Part shown: positions 17,287-25,700 of the stretch, one piece after another
How positions within the stretch are numbered: the first letter of the stretch is position 1
Layout of the letters: the number at the start of each line of letters is the position of its first letter
From: Ferroglobus placidus DSM 10642
Lineage (GTDB): Archaea; Halobacteriota; Archaeoglobi; Archaeoglobales; Archaeoglobaceae
Assembly (NCBI RefSeq): GCF_000025505.1
Contig: NC_013849.1
Span: forward strand, 1,770,001-1,802,000
DNA: 32,000 nt
Direction of reading: 5' to 3'
The notes under the pieces: model-generated
Told to the model about the DNA's origin: nothing
Database searches by the model: none
What the model saw: only the letters and a program-made list of their open reading frames with translations
Position numbers and translations under genes: made by a program

Positions 17287-17477
17287 GGCTTGTTGAATAC
17301 ATCCTAAGATTCGAAAGACATCTTGAAGGAGCCAAAAATCTTAAGTCGAAAGACGTAAGAGACTATTTTGTATACAATACGCTCGCAATGGAATGTTTGC
17401 AAGCTGAAATTGTAAACCTCCTTGAAAAATGCTCCGATTTTGTTAACAGAGTGAAAGAGGAAGCTTGCAGAATCTGA
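17283..17477 (+). pseudogene. HEPN/DUF86-like partner, apparently C-terminally truncated (no Rx4-6H motif)
   Basis: ATGA overlap with the MNT gene. The N-terminal helices (ILRFERHLEGAKNL...NTLAMECLQAEIV) resemble the DUF86 N-terminus. The ORF is only 64 aa, and I found no continuation in any frame downstream. Confidence 0.45.
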
Positions 17478-17713
17478 ACGCGATTAGAACTCCAAACGTT
17501 TTCCAAGCCTCTGCCACCGAGCTTCCTTTTCCAGACAACTAACTTCGACGCTGTTTTCATATGACTACATTTATTACGACAAAACCCTTTTTAAGCTTCT
17601 TTTATGTCCGGTTTAAAAGAGCTATCGGAGATTTTTTATCTAGAGCCTTTCCTAACATCCAACTCCAAAATCCAAGGATATTTTTGAATACATGAAGAGT
17701 AAGAGCAAAGCCA

Positions 17714-18667
17714 TTACTTCCACGCCTCCGGATGCAAAAACCTCGACATGACTTCAACAGCCTCGGCAAGTCTGTAGGAAGGGCGGGAGATTATGTCAGC
17801 ATTTATAACATAAACTCTTCCGCTCTTTACCGCCTCTACACTCTTCAGTCTTTCATCGCTGACCACCCATTCGTAAATAATGTTTCTTCCTCCACCCATT
17901 CCGCTTCCGCTGTTCACGACTATCACTTCAGGATTTGCAGCGATGAGATCTTCTACGCTCACTATCTTCCAGCCGGTAAAGTTGAACACGTTAACTCCGC
18001 CAGCCAATCTTATCACGTCGTCAGCAAAAGTCTCCCTTCCAGAAACCCATATCGGATCGTGCCATATTATGTGAGCAACCCTCACCTTTTTTTCGTTTTT
18101 AACTTTCTCTCTAACTTTATCAATTCTCTCAGCCATCTTTCTCACAAGCTCTTTTGCTTCATTTTCTTTTCCTGTGGCAACTCCGATTAAGTAAATACTC
18201 CTCATAACGTCTTCAATCGACTTGGGATCGAAAGCTATAACGTAAACTCCAAGGCTTCTCAAAGTTTCGATCGTTTCGAGTCCATTCCCATAGCTCGCTA
18301 CCACGAGATCCGGTTTTAACGCAAGCACTCTTTCGATGTTCACGGTAGAGTATCCTCCTACGCTGACGAGTTCTCCTTTTTCTTTCTTTTCCACCACCTC
18401 TGGAGGATAGTTGCAGTAGTCCGTTACTCCAACAACCTTGTCTCCAGCCCCTATCGCAAAGAGGATTTCGGTGTTGCTCGGGGCGAGGGAAACAATCCTC
18501 TCTGGCTTTACGTTTTTAATTGGATATCCGGTATCATCGATAAGAGACGTGTTGAAAACTTCGGAAAGGTTAAAATGTTTCTCAACTTCGATCTGTTTTT
18601 TCTCCTCGCACAGTGAAAGCAGGGGTAGGGAGATTAAAATTAAAAAAATGAGAATCCTCGTTTTCAT
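17714..18667 (-). CDS. btuF: BtuF/FhuD-type (class 8) substrate-binding protein of a corrinoid/siderophore ABC importer
   Basis: Has a signal/anchor MKTRILIFLILISLPLLSLC. ERIVSLAPSNTEILFAIGAGDKVVGVTDYCNYP and LKPDLVV are typical of periplasmic binding protein family 8. It clusters with btuCD and cbiZ. Confidence 0.8.
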   Translation of the reverse strand: MKTRILIFLILISLPLLSLCEEKKQIEVEKHFNLSEVFNTSLIDDTGYPIKNVKPERIVSLAPSNTEILFAIGAGDKVVGVTDYCNYPPEVVEKKEKGELVSVGGYSTVNIERVLALKPDLVVASYGNGLETIETLRSLGVYVIAFDPKSIEDVMRSIYLIGVATGKENEAKELVRKMAERIDKVREKVKNEKKVRVAHIIWHDPIWVSGRETFADDVIRLAGGVNVFNFTGWKIVSVEDLIAANPEVIVVNSGSGMGGGRNIIYEWVVSDERLKSVEAVKSGRVYVINADIISRPSYRLAEAVEVMSRFLHPEAWK

Positions 18668-20934
18668 TTTCTCACAGCCCTCGCTGCAAGCACGAGCAAA
18701 GCTATTACAGCTTCGAATCCCGGAATTCCTTTCTTCTCCTCTGTCGGCTTTGGAATTGGAGTTTCTTTAATTTCCGGAGCTGGCGTTTGGGTAGGAGTTT
18801 CTTCCACTATTTTCTCAGAAGTTTTTTCGGGTTTTGGAGTTTCTAATACTTTTGCTGGAGTTGGTGTTGGGGCAGACACTTCCTCTTTTTCCATAACCTT
18901 AATCGGGTGAGGTTTTCCGAGCAAAGCCATTATCGCGCTGACGGTCATGTAGCCGGGGTTGGAGGTTTGATGAGAAGTGTATTTAAAGTAACTCTCTTCG
19001 GTTTGAAGGCTCAGCAGATGATCCACAACGCTGATGTTGTTTTTCTTCCACTCCACTGGATTTATTCCAGCTGCAACCAATGCTTGAATAGTCCAGGAAT
19101 CGCTTGCGGCGTTGCTTGCGGAATTTCCAAAGTATCTCATTCCCCCATCTTCGTTCTGTCCTTGTTTCAGATAGCTGAGAGCTTTCTTTATAACTTCCGA
19201 GTCTTTAGACTCTCCAGCAGCTATCAAAGCTTGTATTGCCGCGGCAGTATCGTCAAAATCGCTCTTCTCTCCGACAGCCCACGCAAAACCACCGTCACCG
19301 TTTTGCTGCTCTTTCAACCAATCAACAGACTTGTTTACGTCCTCTCCAACGGAGACGAGAGCTAAGATGCCCCAGATTGTTGTGTAGATGTAATCGCCTA
19401 TTTGCCCGTTCTCCTTAACCCTTTCCTTCAACTTTTCAACGAGATTTACTCCTGCGAAACTCCTTGGATCTTCTCCGGCTGCCACGAGAGCTAAAATAGT
19501 TCTCGCGTAATCAGCTGTGCCCATTTTAGGAAGCTCATCTTCTAAGTTTTCCCGAAGGTAATCAATCGGGCTCTTTCCGTTCTTCTTCCACTTCTCTGGA
19601 TCTTCGCCAGCTGCAACTAAAGCCATTATCGCCCAGGAAGTTTTCGCAACGCTACTTTCCTCTCCCGGATTCGAAAATCCACCATCATCGTTCTGAACGC
19701 TTTTGAGCCAGTTGAGAGCTTTGACTATTCTTTCGTCCTCCGGTTTTAGCGGGAAGTTGTCCCATTTCACGATGATCGCAAACAGGCTGAAGTTTGTTAT
19801 TTTCGAAGAGAAGAAGTAGTGCGTTTCGTTCTCGTCAATAAGATTTGTTTTCAGACACTTCCACTCATATTCAACGTATTTTGCGAGACATAAGTTTTCG
19901 GGAGATTTGTTTTCGAGAAGCTCCTTCTTTACGGAGAAGTTCAGCAAAATTTTTGCGCTTTCGTTAACTTTAAGCTCGAAGGCTTCGAGAACATCACCGT
20001 GAACGTTTCTAAACTCAACCCCACCAACCTTTCTCTGAGCGAGTTCAATCAAAACGGGTTTTTCTCCTTCAATCTTAAGCCTCATCGGAATTTTGAGATC
20101 GATAGCTAAGGTTTCGTTTGGTTTAACCACCTCAGCTCTCTTCGTTAGGTTTAATTCAATCACTCTCTCTTTCTTTTCCGGAGCGGGAGTTGGCGTAGGC
20201 GATGGTGTTGATGCTGGAGCTTCAGCTTCTTCGTAAGAAGGAGTTTTCCAGTAAACGTTCACGCTGAAAGTCCAGTCCGGGAATGTGATTATTTCTATTC
20301 TGTACGGTGAACTTTCGGGAGTTTCGCTCATGCTTCGGGAGAAGTACCAGACGACTTTATCTCCAGCATTTAGTTCGTACTGCTCCGAGCTTACGCTCGG
20401 AATAACACCATCCACCGCATACATCCAGCCGGAAGTTGCTCCGAGATCTCCCGTGCAGACACCTTTGATGCAATCAACGAACAAACCGTAGCTCCACTTC
20501 TTCACCTTCACGCTGAACCCTTTGACTTCAGCAGCCCTTATCAAAGCTCCGAGAGCCGTTCTATATTTTATCGACACGCTCTCTCCATCGGCGGAGATAG
20601 TAGTTGTGCCAGAAGGAAGGGTATAATCTCCCATTGGCTCACTACCACCTTTTGTTTGGCAGGAAACGACGTCAACAAGCTTTGACGCCTTTTCGCTCCC
20701 GCTTATTGCCTCTATGTATAGCTTTCCGGTAAGCTGAGGTGTGAAGTATGCAGTGGTTCCGTTCGCGTATATGGGAGTTCCGTTGTTAATTCGAATTACT
20801 ATGAAGGATGGTTTATCGACCGTTATCTTCAGCTTCTCTCCCACGCAGTTTCCGCTGACGTCGATGGTTAGACCGTTTGAAGTCTGAATCAGCAGTAAAG
20901 CCGAAACTAAAAGTAATATTGCACCTTTCTTCAT
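18664..20934 (-). CDS. Secreted, PGF-CTERM-anchored protein: DUF4430 domain plus prenyltransferase/terpene-cyclase-like alpha/alpha-toroid repeats
   Basis: Has a signal peptide. The DUF4430-like block is TALGALIRAAEVKGF...GATSGWMYAVDGV...NAGDKVVWYF. There are four or more Q-x-DGGF repeats (SVQNDDGGF, EQQNGDGGF, GQNEDGGM). Thr/Pro-rich linkers are present. The C-terminus GIPGFEAVIALLVLAARAVRK is an archaeosortase PGF-CTERM signal. Confidence 0.75.
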   Translation of the reverse strand: MKKGAILLLVSALLLIQTSNGLTIDVSGNCVGEKLKITVDKPSFIVIRINNGTPIYANGTTAYFTPQLTGKLYIEAISGSEKASKLVDVVSCQTKGGSEPMGDYTLPSGTTTISADGESVSIKYRTALGALIRAAEVKGFSVKVKKWSYGLFVDCIKGVCTGDLGATSGWMYAVDGVIPSVSSEQYELNAGDKVVWYFSRSMSETPESSPYRIEIITFPDWTFSVNVYWKTPSYEEAEAPASTPSPTPTPAPEKKERVIELNLTKRAEVVKPNETLAIDLKIPMRLKIEGEKPVLIELAQRKVGGVEFRNVHGDVLEAFELKVNESAKILLNFSVKKELLENKSPENLCLAKYVEYEWKCLKTNLIDENETHYFFSSKITNFSLFAIIVKWDNFPLKPEDERIVKALNWLKSVQNDDGGFSNPGEESSVAKTSWAIMALVAAGEDPEKWKKNGKSPIDYLRENLEDELPKMGTADYARTILALVAAGEDPRSFAGVNLVEKLKERVKENGQIGDYIYTTIWGILALVSVGEDVNKSVDWLKEQQNGDGGFAWAVGEKSDFDDTAAAIQALIAAGESKDSEVIKKALSYLKQGQNEDGGMRYFGNSASNAASDSWTIQALVAAGINPVEWKKNNISVVDHLLSLQTEESYFKYTSHQTSNPGYMTVSAIMALLGKPHPIKVMEKEEVSAPTPTPAKVLETPKPEKTSEKIVEETPTQTPAPEIKETPIPKPTEEKKGIPGFEAVIALLVLAARAVRK

Positions 20935-22787
20935 TTCGACACCTCGCAGCTTACGGGACCGTATAAGAACAGCAGCTTTTCCGGATACTCATCGAATCTG
21001 TAAACTCCCGCATACAGCTCGTAGCTGCCGGCGCTGTTTCTTTGTGGAACGTGAAGCAGTACCGGAACTTCCAAGCTCTTCTCGCCACCAACGTAGAACG
21101 TGGAAACTCCCGCTATATAATCACCTTTTTCATTCAAACCGCTTACAACGACAACGAACAATCCCTTTTCCCATACTTCAACGCTTACCCAAGCCGTAGC
21201 GTTCCCTCCAAGTTTTGCCGAGCTCACGCTGATGTTGCTTATTTCTACTGGCTTCACGCTCGCGTCAATTTCCAAAACCACGGAACAGTTTTCTAAGCTG
21301 TTTCCGTCACCGTATCCGTAGTAAATCCTCTCTCCGTCTTTGAGGTAGTAAAGATTCGCTCCGACGGATAGCAAGGATGTTTCGTTCCAGATTGACCAGT
21401 AAATCCAGCTATCTCCAACGCTTTTCGTTGTTAGCCCCATTATCGAAGTTACGAAAAACGAACCGTAGCTTTCGTAACAGCTATCATCAAGCGTTACTTC
21501 AAACCACACCTCCGCATCTTCCGTGGTGTAGTTGAGTGCTTTCATTAAAGCTCCAAGCGCCGTGTCTTCTCTAACCTCGTATTCTTTGCCATTCACCACT
21601 ACTGACACGTTTATTGGACTGAGAATTACGCTGACGTTAATCTTTCCCTTACTGTCGAAGCAGTAGATGAATCCGCTGTCGGTGCCGATGTAAAGCTTAT
21701 CCTCAGCCACGAAAGGGGAAGACATTATGTTATAGTAGCTTCCTTCCGGCGGTTTCAATCTGTAGTACCAGAGCGCCTTTCCGGTGAAGGCGTCTAAAGC
21801 GTATATCGTCCCTTCTGGAGTGTTTGTGGCGAAGTAAACTACTCCTCCAGCTACTGCTGGAGATGAGTCGATTTTTCCGTTTGCAGTGAAATTCCAGAGC
21901 TCTTCGCCGGTGGTTGCGTTAAAGCAGTAAAGCTTGCCGTTCGATGAGCCGATGAAAACTCTACCGTAGGCAACAGCTGCAGTGGACATCGAACCGTTAA
22001 AACTCACGTTCCAGGCTTCGCTTCCGTAAAAGTTTACAGCGTAGAGCTTCTTCTCAGTAGCTACGAAAATTTTGCCGTAGCCTATCGACGGAGAGTTCGT
22101 AATCTTTCCGTCGACGGGAAATTCCCAGGCTATGGTTCCGTTCTCGTGGATGGCAAATAGCTTGTGCACACCGCTTTCGTTACCGGCGAAGAAAATCAAT
22201 CCGTTATAAGCTGCTGGAGATGTGTAGTGAGAGATCTCTCCTCCGGTTGTGTGGTTCCACAGAACGTTTCCCTCAAGATCTAGCTTCCACAGCGTTCCAC
22301 TCGAAAAAGTCGTGACGTAAACGGAGTCGTTGTAAATCAGAGGAGAGGAAGCTATCCCCCACCACGAAGGAGAGGTCTCGAGGAGAATTGACTTCTCTAT
22401 TCTTCCATTGCTCGCGTTAACGTAGTAAAGGTGCCCTGAAAGATTTCCCACAATCAAAACCTCTCCGTTCGCAGCTACACTCGAAGCTCCGGTTATGTTC
22501 GCGTTTCTCCACTCTATGATGCCGCTGGATGCGTTGAGCGAGTACAGCCCCGGACTCCATTCGCCCCATCCGTACCAGTTTGCCACGTAAATGTGTCCGT
22601 TGCTGTAAATCGGAGAAGCACCTACAAGACCCGTCAGCTCCGTCTTCCACGCAACGATTGGTAGAATCGTGCTGTTTGCGGTGAAGTTGCCGGTTCTCGC
22701 TTCGTCTCCGTGAAAAGTTGTGGCTGAGGCTGCTGACATAAGCATTAACAATGCCATCGTTACGATCAACACCCTTAACTTCAGCAT
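20931..22787 (-). CDS. Secreted PQQ-like beta-propeller protein with DUF4430 domain and C-terminal Ig-like domain
   Basis: Signal peptide MLKLRVLIVTMALLMLMSAASA. Repeated propeller blades are seen (SSPxxxxGxVYVxxxxGxLYAL-type repeats). The DUF4430-like block is TALGALMKALNY...GDSWIYWSIWNE...LKDGERIYYGYG. ATG 22787 is preferred; the track start at 22796 is GTG. Confidence 0.7.
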   Translation of the reverse strand: MLKLRVLIVTMALLMLMSAASATTFHGDEARTGNFTANSTILPIVAWKTELTGLVGASPIYSNGHIYVANWYGWGEWSPGLYSLNASSGIIEWRNANITGASSVAANGEVLIVGNLSGHLYYVNASNGRIEKSILLETSPSWWGIASSPLIYNDSVYVTTFSSGTLWKLDLEGNVLWNHTTGGEISHYTSPAAYNGLIFFAGNESGVHKLFAIHENGTIAWEFPVDGKITNSPSIGYGKIFVATEKKLYAVNFYGSEAWNVSFNGSMSTAAVAYGRVFIGSSNGKLYCFNATTGEELWNFTANGKIDSSPAVAGGVVYFATNTPEGTIYALDAFTGKALWYYRLKPPEGSYYNIMSSPFVAEDKLYIGTDSGFIYCFDSKGKINVSVILSPINVSVVVNGKEYEVREDTALGALMKALNYTTEDAEVWFEVTLDDSCYESYGSFFVTSIMGLTTKSVGDSWIYWSIWNETSLLSVGANLYYLKDGERIYYGYGDGNSLENCSVVLEIDASVKPVEISNISVSSAKLGGNATAWVSVEVWEKGLFVVVVSGLNEKGDYIAGVSTFYVGGEKSLEVPVLLHVPQRNSAGSYELYAGVYRFDEYPEKLLFLYGPVSCEVSK

Positions 22788-22796
22788 TTTTGACAC

Positions 22797-22818
22797 CTAC
22801 TCAAATTTTTTTGAGTAG
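22797..22818. promoter_or_regulatory. Perfect 9-bp inverted repeat CTACTCAAA-TTTT-TTTGAGTAG abutting the start of the propeller gene
   Basis: Read directly from the sequence. It lies between a TATA-like ATTTAAATAG (minus strand, about 22831-22840) and the start codon, about 100 nt downstream of the cbiZ stop. It could be an operator, a 5' hairpin or a terminator. Confidence 0.4.
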
Positions 22819-22919
22819 TTGCAAGCACAGCTATTTAAATGTTATCCATTTATCTTGACTAGTTAACAAGAAATTTTAAGTAACTTCAAAAGTATCTTAC
22901 AATAAAACGTTAAAAGTTT

Positions 22920-23498
22920 TCACTCGAAGTTTTTCCACTTTTTTAAGCTTCTTTTAACTCCCTCGCATACGCAACTCCAAATCTTCTTTCCAATTTCGCT
23001 TGCCGGTCCCGAGAAGCGGTGGTACTTTCCTCTTTGGGTTGATAGCACTATCACCGCATCCGTGTTCGTTCCGGTGAAGCTGTATCCGCTTTCAATTAAA
23101 GCCTTACTCTTAGCCTCGGTGATCGTTATTATCGAGTTTAGCAAAGCGGACTTGCTCATTCTCGCATCTATTGCTGCTATAATGTTGATAGTCCCTATTT
23201 TTTCGTTCGGGTTGTTTACACCGGCAGTTACGAAAACCACCACGTTGTCTTTTCTTTCAACGCTCAAATTCTCTATGGGGACTGCTGTCAGCAATCCGAA
23301 GTACGACTTTAATCCAAGTTTTTTCGCAACGCTTCTCAAGTAATCTGCCGGGTCTGAAGAGTAGAATTCCTCCCCCACTTTGTGGTTGAAAGCGTATCTA
23401 ACCTTTTTCCATCCACCTAAAAGCCCGGTGCTGACTCCGAAAAATCTACCTTCTACTATTAGCGTGTCCTCCTCGATCCAGTACCTTACGTATCTCAT
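22920..23498 (-). CDS. cbiZ: Adenosylcobinamide amidohydrolase
   Basis: MRYVRYWIEEDTLIVEG...NTDAVIVLS, about 190 aa, in the typical archaeal cbiZ-btuFCD context. ATG 23498 is preceded by GGGAGG; the track start at 23525 is TTG. Confidence 0.75.
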   Translation of the reverse strand: MRYVRYWIEEDTLIVEGRFFGVSTGLLGGWKKVRYAFNHKVGEEFYSSDPADYLRSVAKKLGLKSYFGLLTAVPIENLSVERKDNVVVFVTAGVNNPNEKIGTINIIAAIDARMSKSALLNSIITITEAKSKALIESGYSFTGTNTDAVIVLSTQRGKYHRFSGPASEIGKKIWSCVCEGVKRSLKKWKNFE

Positions 23499-24693
23499 AC
23501 AGAGCCTCCCTTTCAGATCTGACAACTCTGGCTTTTCTCACAATTTCCTCATAAATTTCTTCAGCTTCTTTTCCGAAAAAGTTTCTTAATTCAAATCGAG
23601 TTTTTTCAATAACTATCAGCTTTCCGAGTTCGGCAGCTTTCTTCGCAGCTACTAAATTCTTGAGGTTCCCTTTACCGACAACCAGATTCGAAAGCACGAC
23701 CACGTCAGCTTTTTCGATAAACTTCAGATTTTTTTCGTGTGCTTCATCGCTTATCGGAGAAAAAGGAGCCTCCTCTACGAACTCTCCGTCAACGTCAATT
23801 ACAGCTTCCCAATCCGAATCGAGAACGTTGAGAACTCCGGCAGAAACGGAATACCCTTCTTCCGAAAGCATGTAGATTAAATCTCTCCCGCTACCTCCTC
23901 CGCAGATGATGTGAACTCTTCTCCCGTTCCTCTCTCCTCTCGTCTTCGGAATTACGTAAACCGACCTTCCAACTTTTTTTATTCTTACGTCAGCTCCGTA
24001 AACATCTTTTATCGATTCTTCTGTTAAAACCTCCTCAGCCTCTCCAGCGTAAACGACTTTTCCATTTTTTACCATAATAATCTTGTCGGAGAACATTGAA
24101 GCGAGATTTATATCGTGCATAGCCACCAAAGCCGAACATCCTGAGCCGACTTTCCTCCTCACGATTTCCATTATGTCTATCTGAGCCGATATGTCGAGGT
24201 GAGCTGTCGGCTCGTCTAACAGCATGAGCTTTGGCTGTTGAGCGAAAACTCTCGCAAGTAAAACTTTCTGCTTTTCCCCTCCGCTTAATTCGGAAAACTT
24301 TCTTTCAGCGAATTCAGCCATTCCAACTTCTTCGAGAGCTCTCTTCGCTATTTCCAAATCACGGTTTTTGGGAAGCTTGAATCCCGACAGATGAGGTGTC
24401 CTTCCTAAAAGGACGACATCTAAAACCGTGAGATTGGTGTCAGAGGACTCTTGTGGAAGGTAAGCGGCGATCTTGGAAATTTCCTCAATTTTCTCGATTC
24501 TTTTTCCGTCAAAGAAAACAACTCCCTTCACGGGCTTGAGAATTCCGAATATCGTCCTGAGCAATGTGCTTTTTCCACTACCGTTCGGACCGAGTAAAGC
24601 CACTATTTCCCCTTTCTCAACCTCTAAAGTCACGTCTCTCAGAATTTCCCTGCTTTCGATTTTTACAGTTACGTTCTCAACTTTCAGCCTCAT
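23446..24693 (-). CDS. btuD: BtuD/FepC-type ABC ATPase with an extra ~160-aa C-terminal domain
   Basis: Walker A GPNGSGKST, signature LSGGEKQ, Walker B LMLLDEP and H-loop AMHD are all present. Residues from about 256 to 415 (RVHIICGGGSGRDLIYMLSEEGYSVSAGV...) form an additional Rossmann-like domain. GGAGGAGGT lies before the ATG. Confidence 0.85.
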   Translation of the reverse strand: MRLKVENVTVKIESREILRDVTLEVEKGEIVALLGPNGSGKSTLLRTIFGILKPVKGVVFFDGKRIEKIEEISKIAAYLPQESSDTNLTVLDVVLLGRTPHLSGFKLPKNRDLEIAKRALEEVGMAEFAERKFSELSGGEKQKVLLARVFAQQPKLMLLDEPTAHLDISAQIDIMEIVRRKVGSGCSALVAMHDINLASMFSDKIIMVKNGKVVYAGEAEEVLTEESIKDVYGADVRIKKVGRSVYVIPKTRGERNGRRVHIICGGGSGRDLIYMLSEEGYSVSAGVLNVLDSDWEAVIDVDGEFVEEAPFSPISDEAHEKNLKFIEKADVVVLSNLVVGKGNLKNLVAAKKAAELGKLIVIEKTRFELRNFFGKEAEEIYEEIVRKARVVRSEREALYEIRKVLDRGGHANSRR

Positions 24694-24694
24694 T

Positions 24695-25660
24695 TTACCT
24701 CCTCCAGAGTAAGTACAGGAAGAAAGGTCCTCCGAGGAGAGCTGTTAGCGCTCCGACTGGGATTTCTCCGGCTGTCGATATTCTCGAGGCGAGGTCAACT
24801 AAGGGCATGAAAACAGTTGAAAAGAGTATCGTCGCTGGAAGGAGCTTTCTGTAATCCTCTCCAACCATCAGCCTCATCGTGTGGGGGACTATTATTCCCA
24901 CAAATCCGATAACGCCGCTCACTGCAACGGCTGAGGCTGTTAAGAGAGAAACGACTCCTATCAAATACCTTCTGAAGTTCTCAACGTTTAACCCCACTGC
25001 CATCGCGTGCTCCTCTCCAAGCAAGAGTGCGTTGAAGTTCCAGCTGTTGAATAAGAGAAAGAGAAGTCCGAAAAAGGCTATTGGTAAAGAGAAATACACC
25101 TCTTCCCATCTCGGATTCGAAAAGCTTCCCATTATCCAGAAAACTACTTTGTGCATGCTTTGAGCTGAGAAGTATATGAGCAGCGAAGTTAAACCTGAGA
25201 GAGTAGTAGCTATGGCTATTCCCGCAAGCAAAATCGCGTAGTTCTGATCTTTAAATCTCGCTAAAGTCCCGAGTTTGTACACTGTGAAGGATGTCAGAAG
25301 GGCGAAAACGAAAGCCGAGATCAAGATGTTGCTCATAGTGGCTATTCCCAAAACGTAAACTATCGCGGCACCAACGCTTGCACCGCTCGCCACTCCGAGA
25401 ACGTACGGCTCAGCTAATGGATTTCTGAACAAAGCCTGCATAGCGCAACCAGATGACGAAAGAGCAGCTCCGACGATCATCGCAAGTATAAGCCTCGGGA
25501 GCCTCACGCCGAAGAAAATGCTAACGTCACTTTCCTTAGCAACTCCATAAACGATTCTGAAGAAAACGTCAACACCGAAAATTCCAGAACTGCCGACGGT
25601 AAGGCAGAGTACTGCTACAAGAATGTTTAGAGCCGTTAGCGAAGCTATGAGCTTTTTCAC
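24695..25660 (-). CDS. btuC: BtuC/FecCD-family ABC permease
   Basis: About 9-10 TM helices. RLPRLILAMIVGAALSSSG and GEIPVGALTALLGGPFFLYLL are typical FecCD motifs. GTG start. Confidence 0.85.
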   Translation of the reverse strand: MKKLIASLTALNILVAVLCLTVGSSGIFGVDVFFRIVYGVAKESDVSIFFGVRLPRLILAMIVGAALSSSGCAMQALFRNPLAEPYVLGVASGASVGAAIVYVLGIATMSNILISAFVFALLTSFTVYKLGTLARFKDQNYAILLAGIAIATTLSGLTSLLIYFSAQSMHKVVFWIMGSFSNPRWEEVYFSLPIAFFGLLFLLFNSWNFNALLLGEEHAMAVGLNVENFRRYLIGVVSLLTASAVAVSGVIGFVGIIVPHTMRLMVGEDYRKLLPATILFSTVFMPLVDLASRISTAGEIPVGALTALLGGPFFLYLLWRR

Positions 25661-25664
25661 AATG

Positions 25665-25699
25665 TCAAGAAATTTTAAAGTTTATTAAAATTTTCTTGA
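25665..25699. promoter_or_regulatory. AT-rich inverted repeat TCAAGAAA(T)TTT...AAA(A)TTTCTTGA between the regulator and btuC
   Basis: The outer arms are a perfect 8 bp (TCAAGAAA / TTTCTTGA), with 13 complementary positions overall. It fills the 40-nt gap between the regulator stop and the btuC start. Confidence 0.3.
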
Positions 25700-25700
25700 A

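Noticed and set aside
17732-19418. Plus-strand ORFs inside btuF and the DUF4430/prenyl-repeat gene (17732..18190, 17880..18074, 18438..18770, 18907..19365, 19236..19418).
   Set aside because: They are antisense to long genes with strong domain signatures and have no motifs of their own. They are shadow ORFs.
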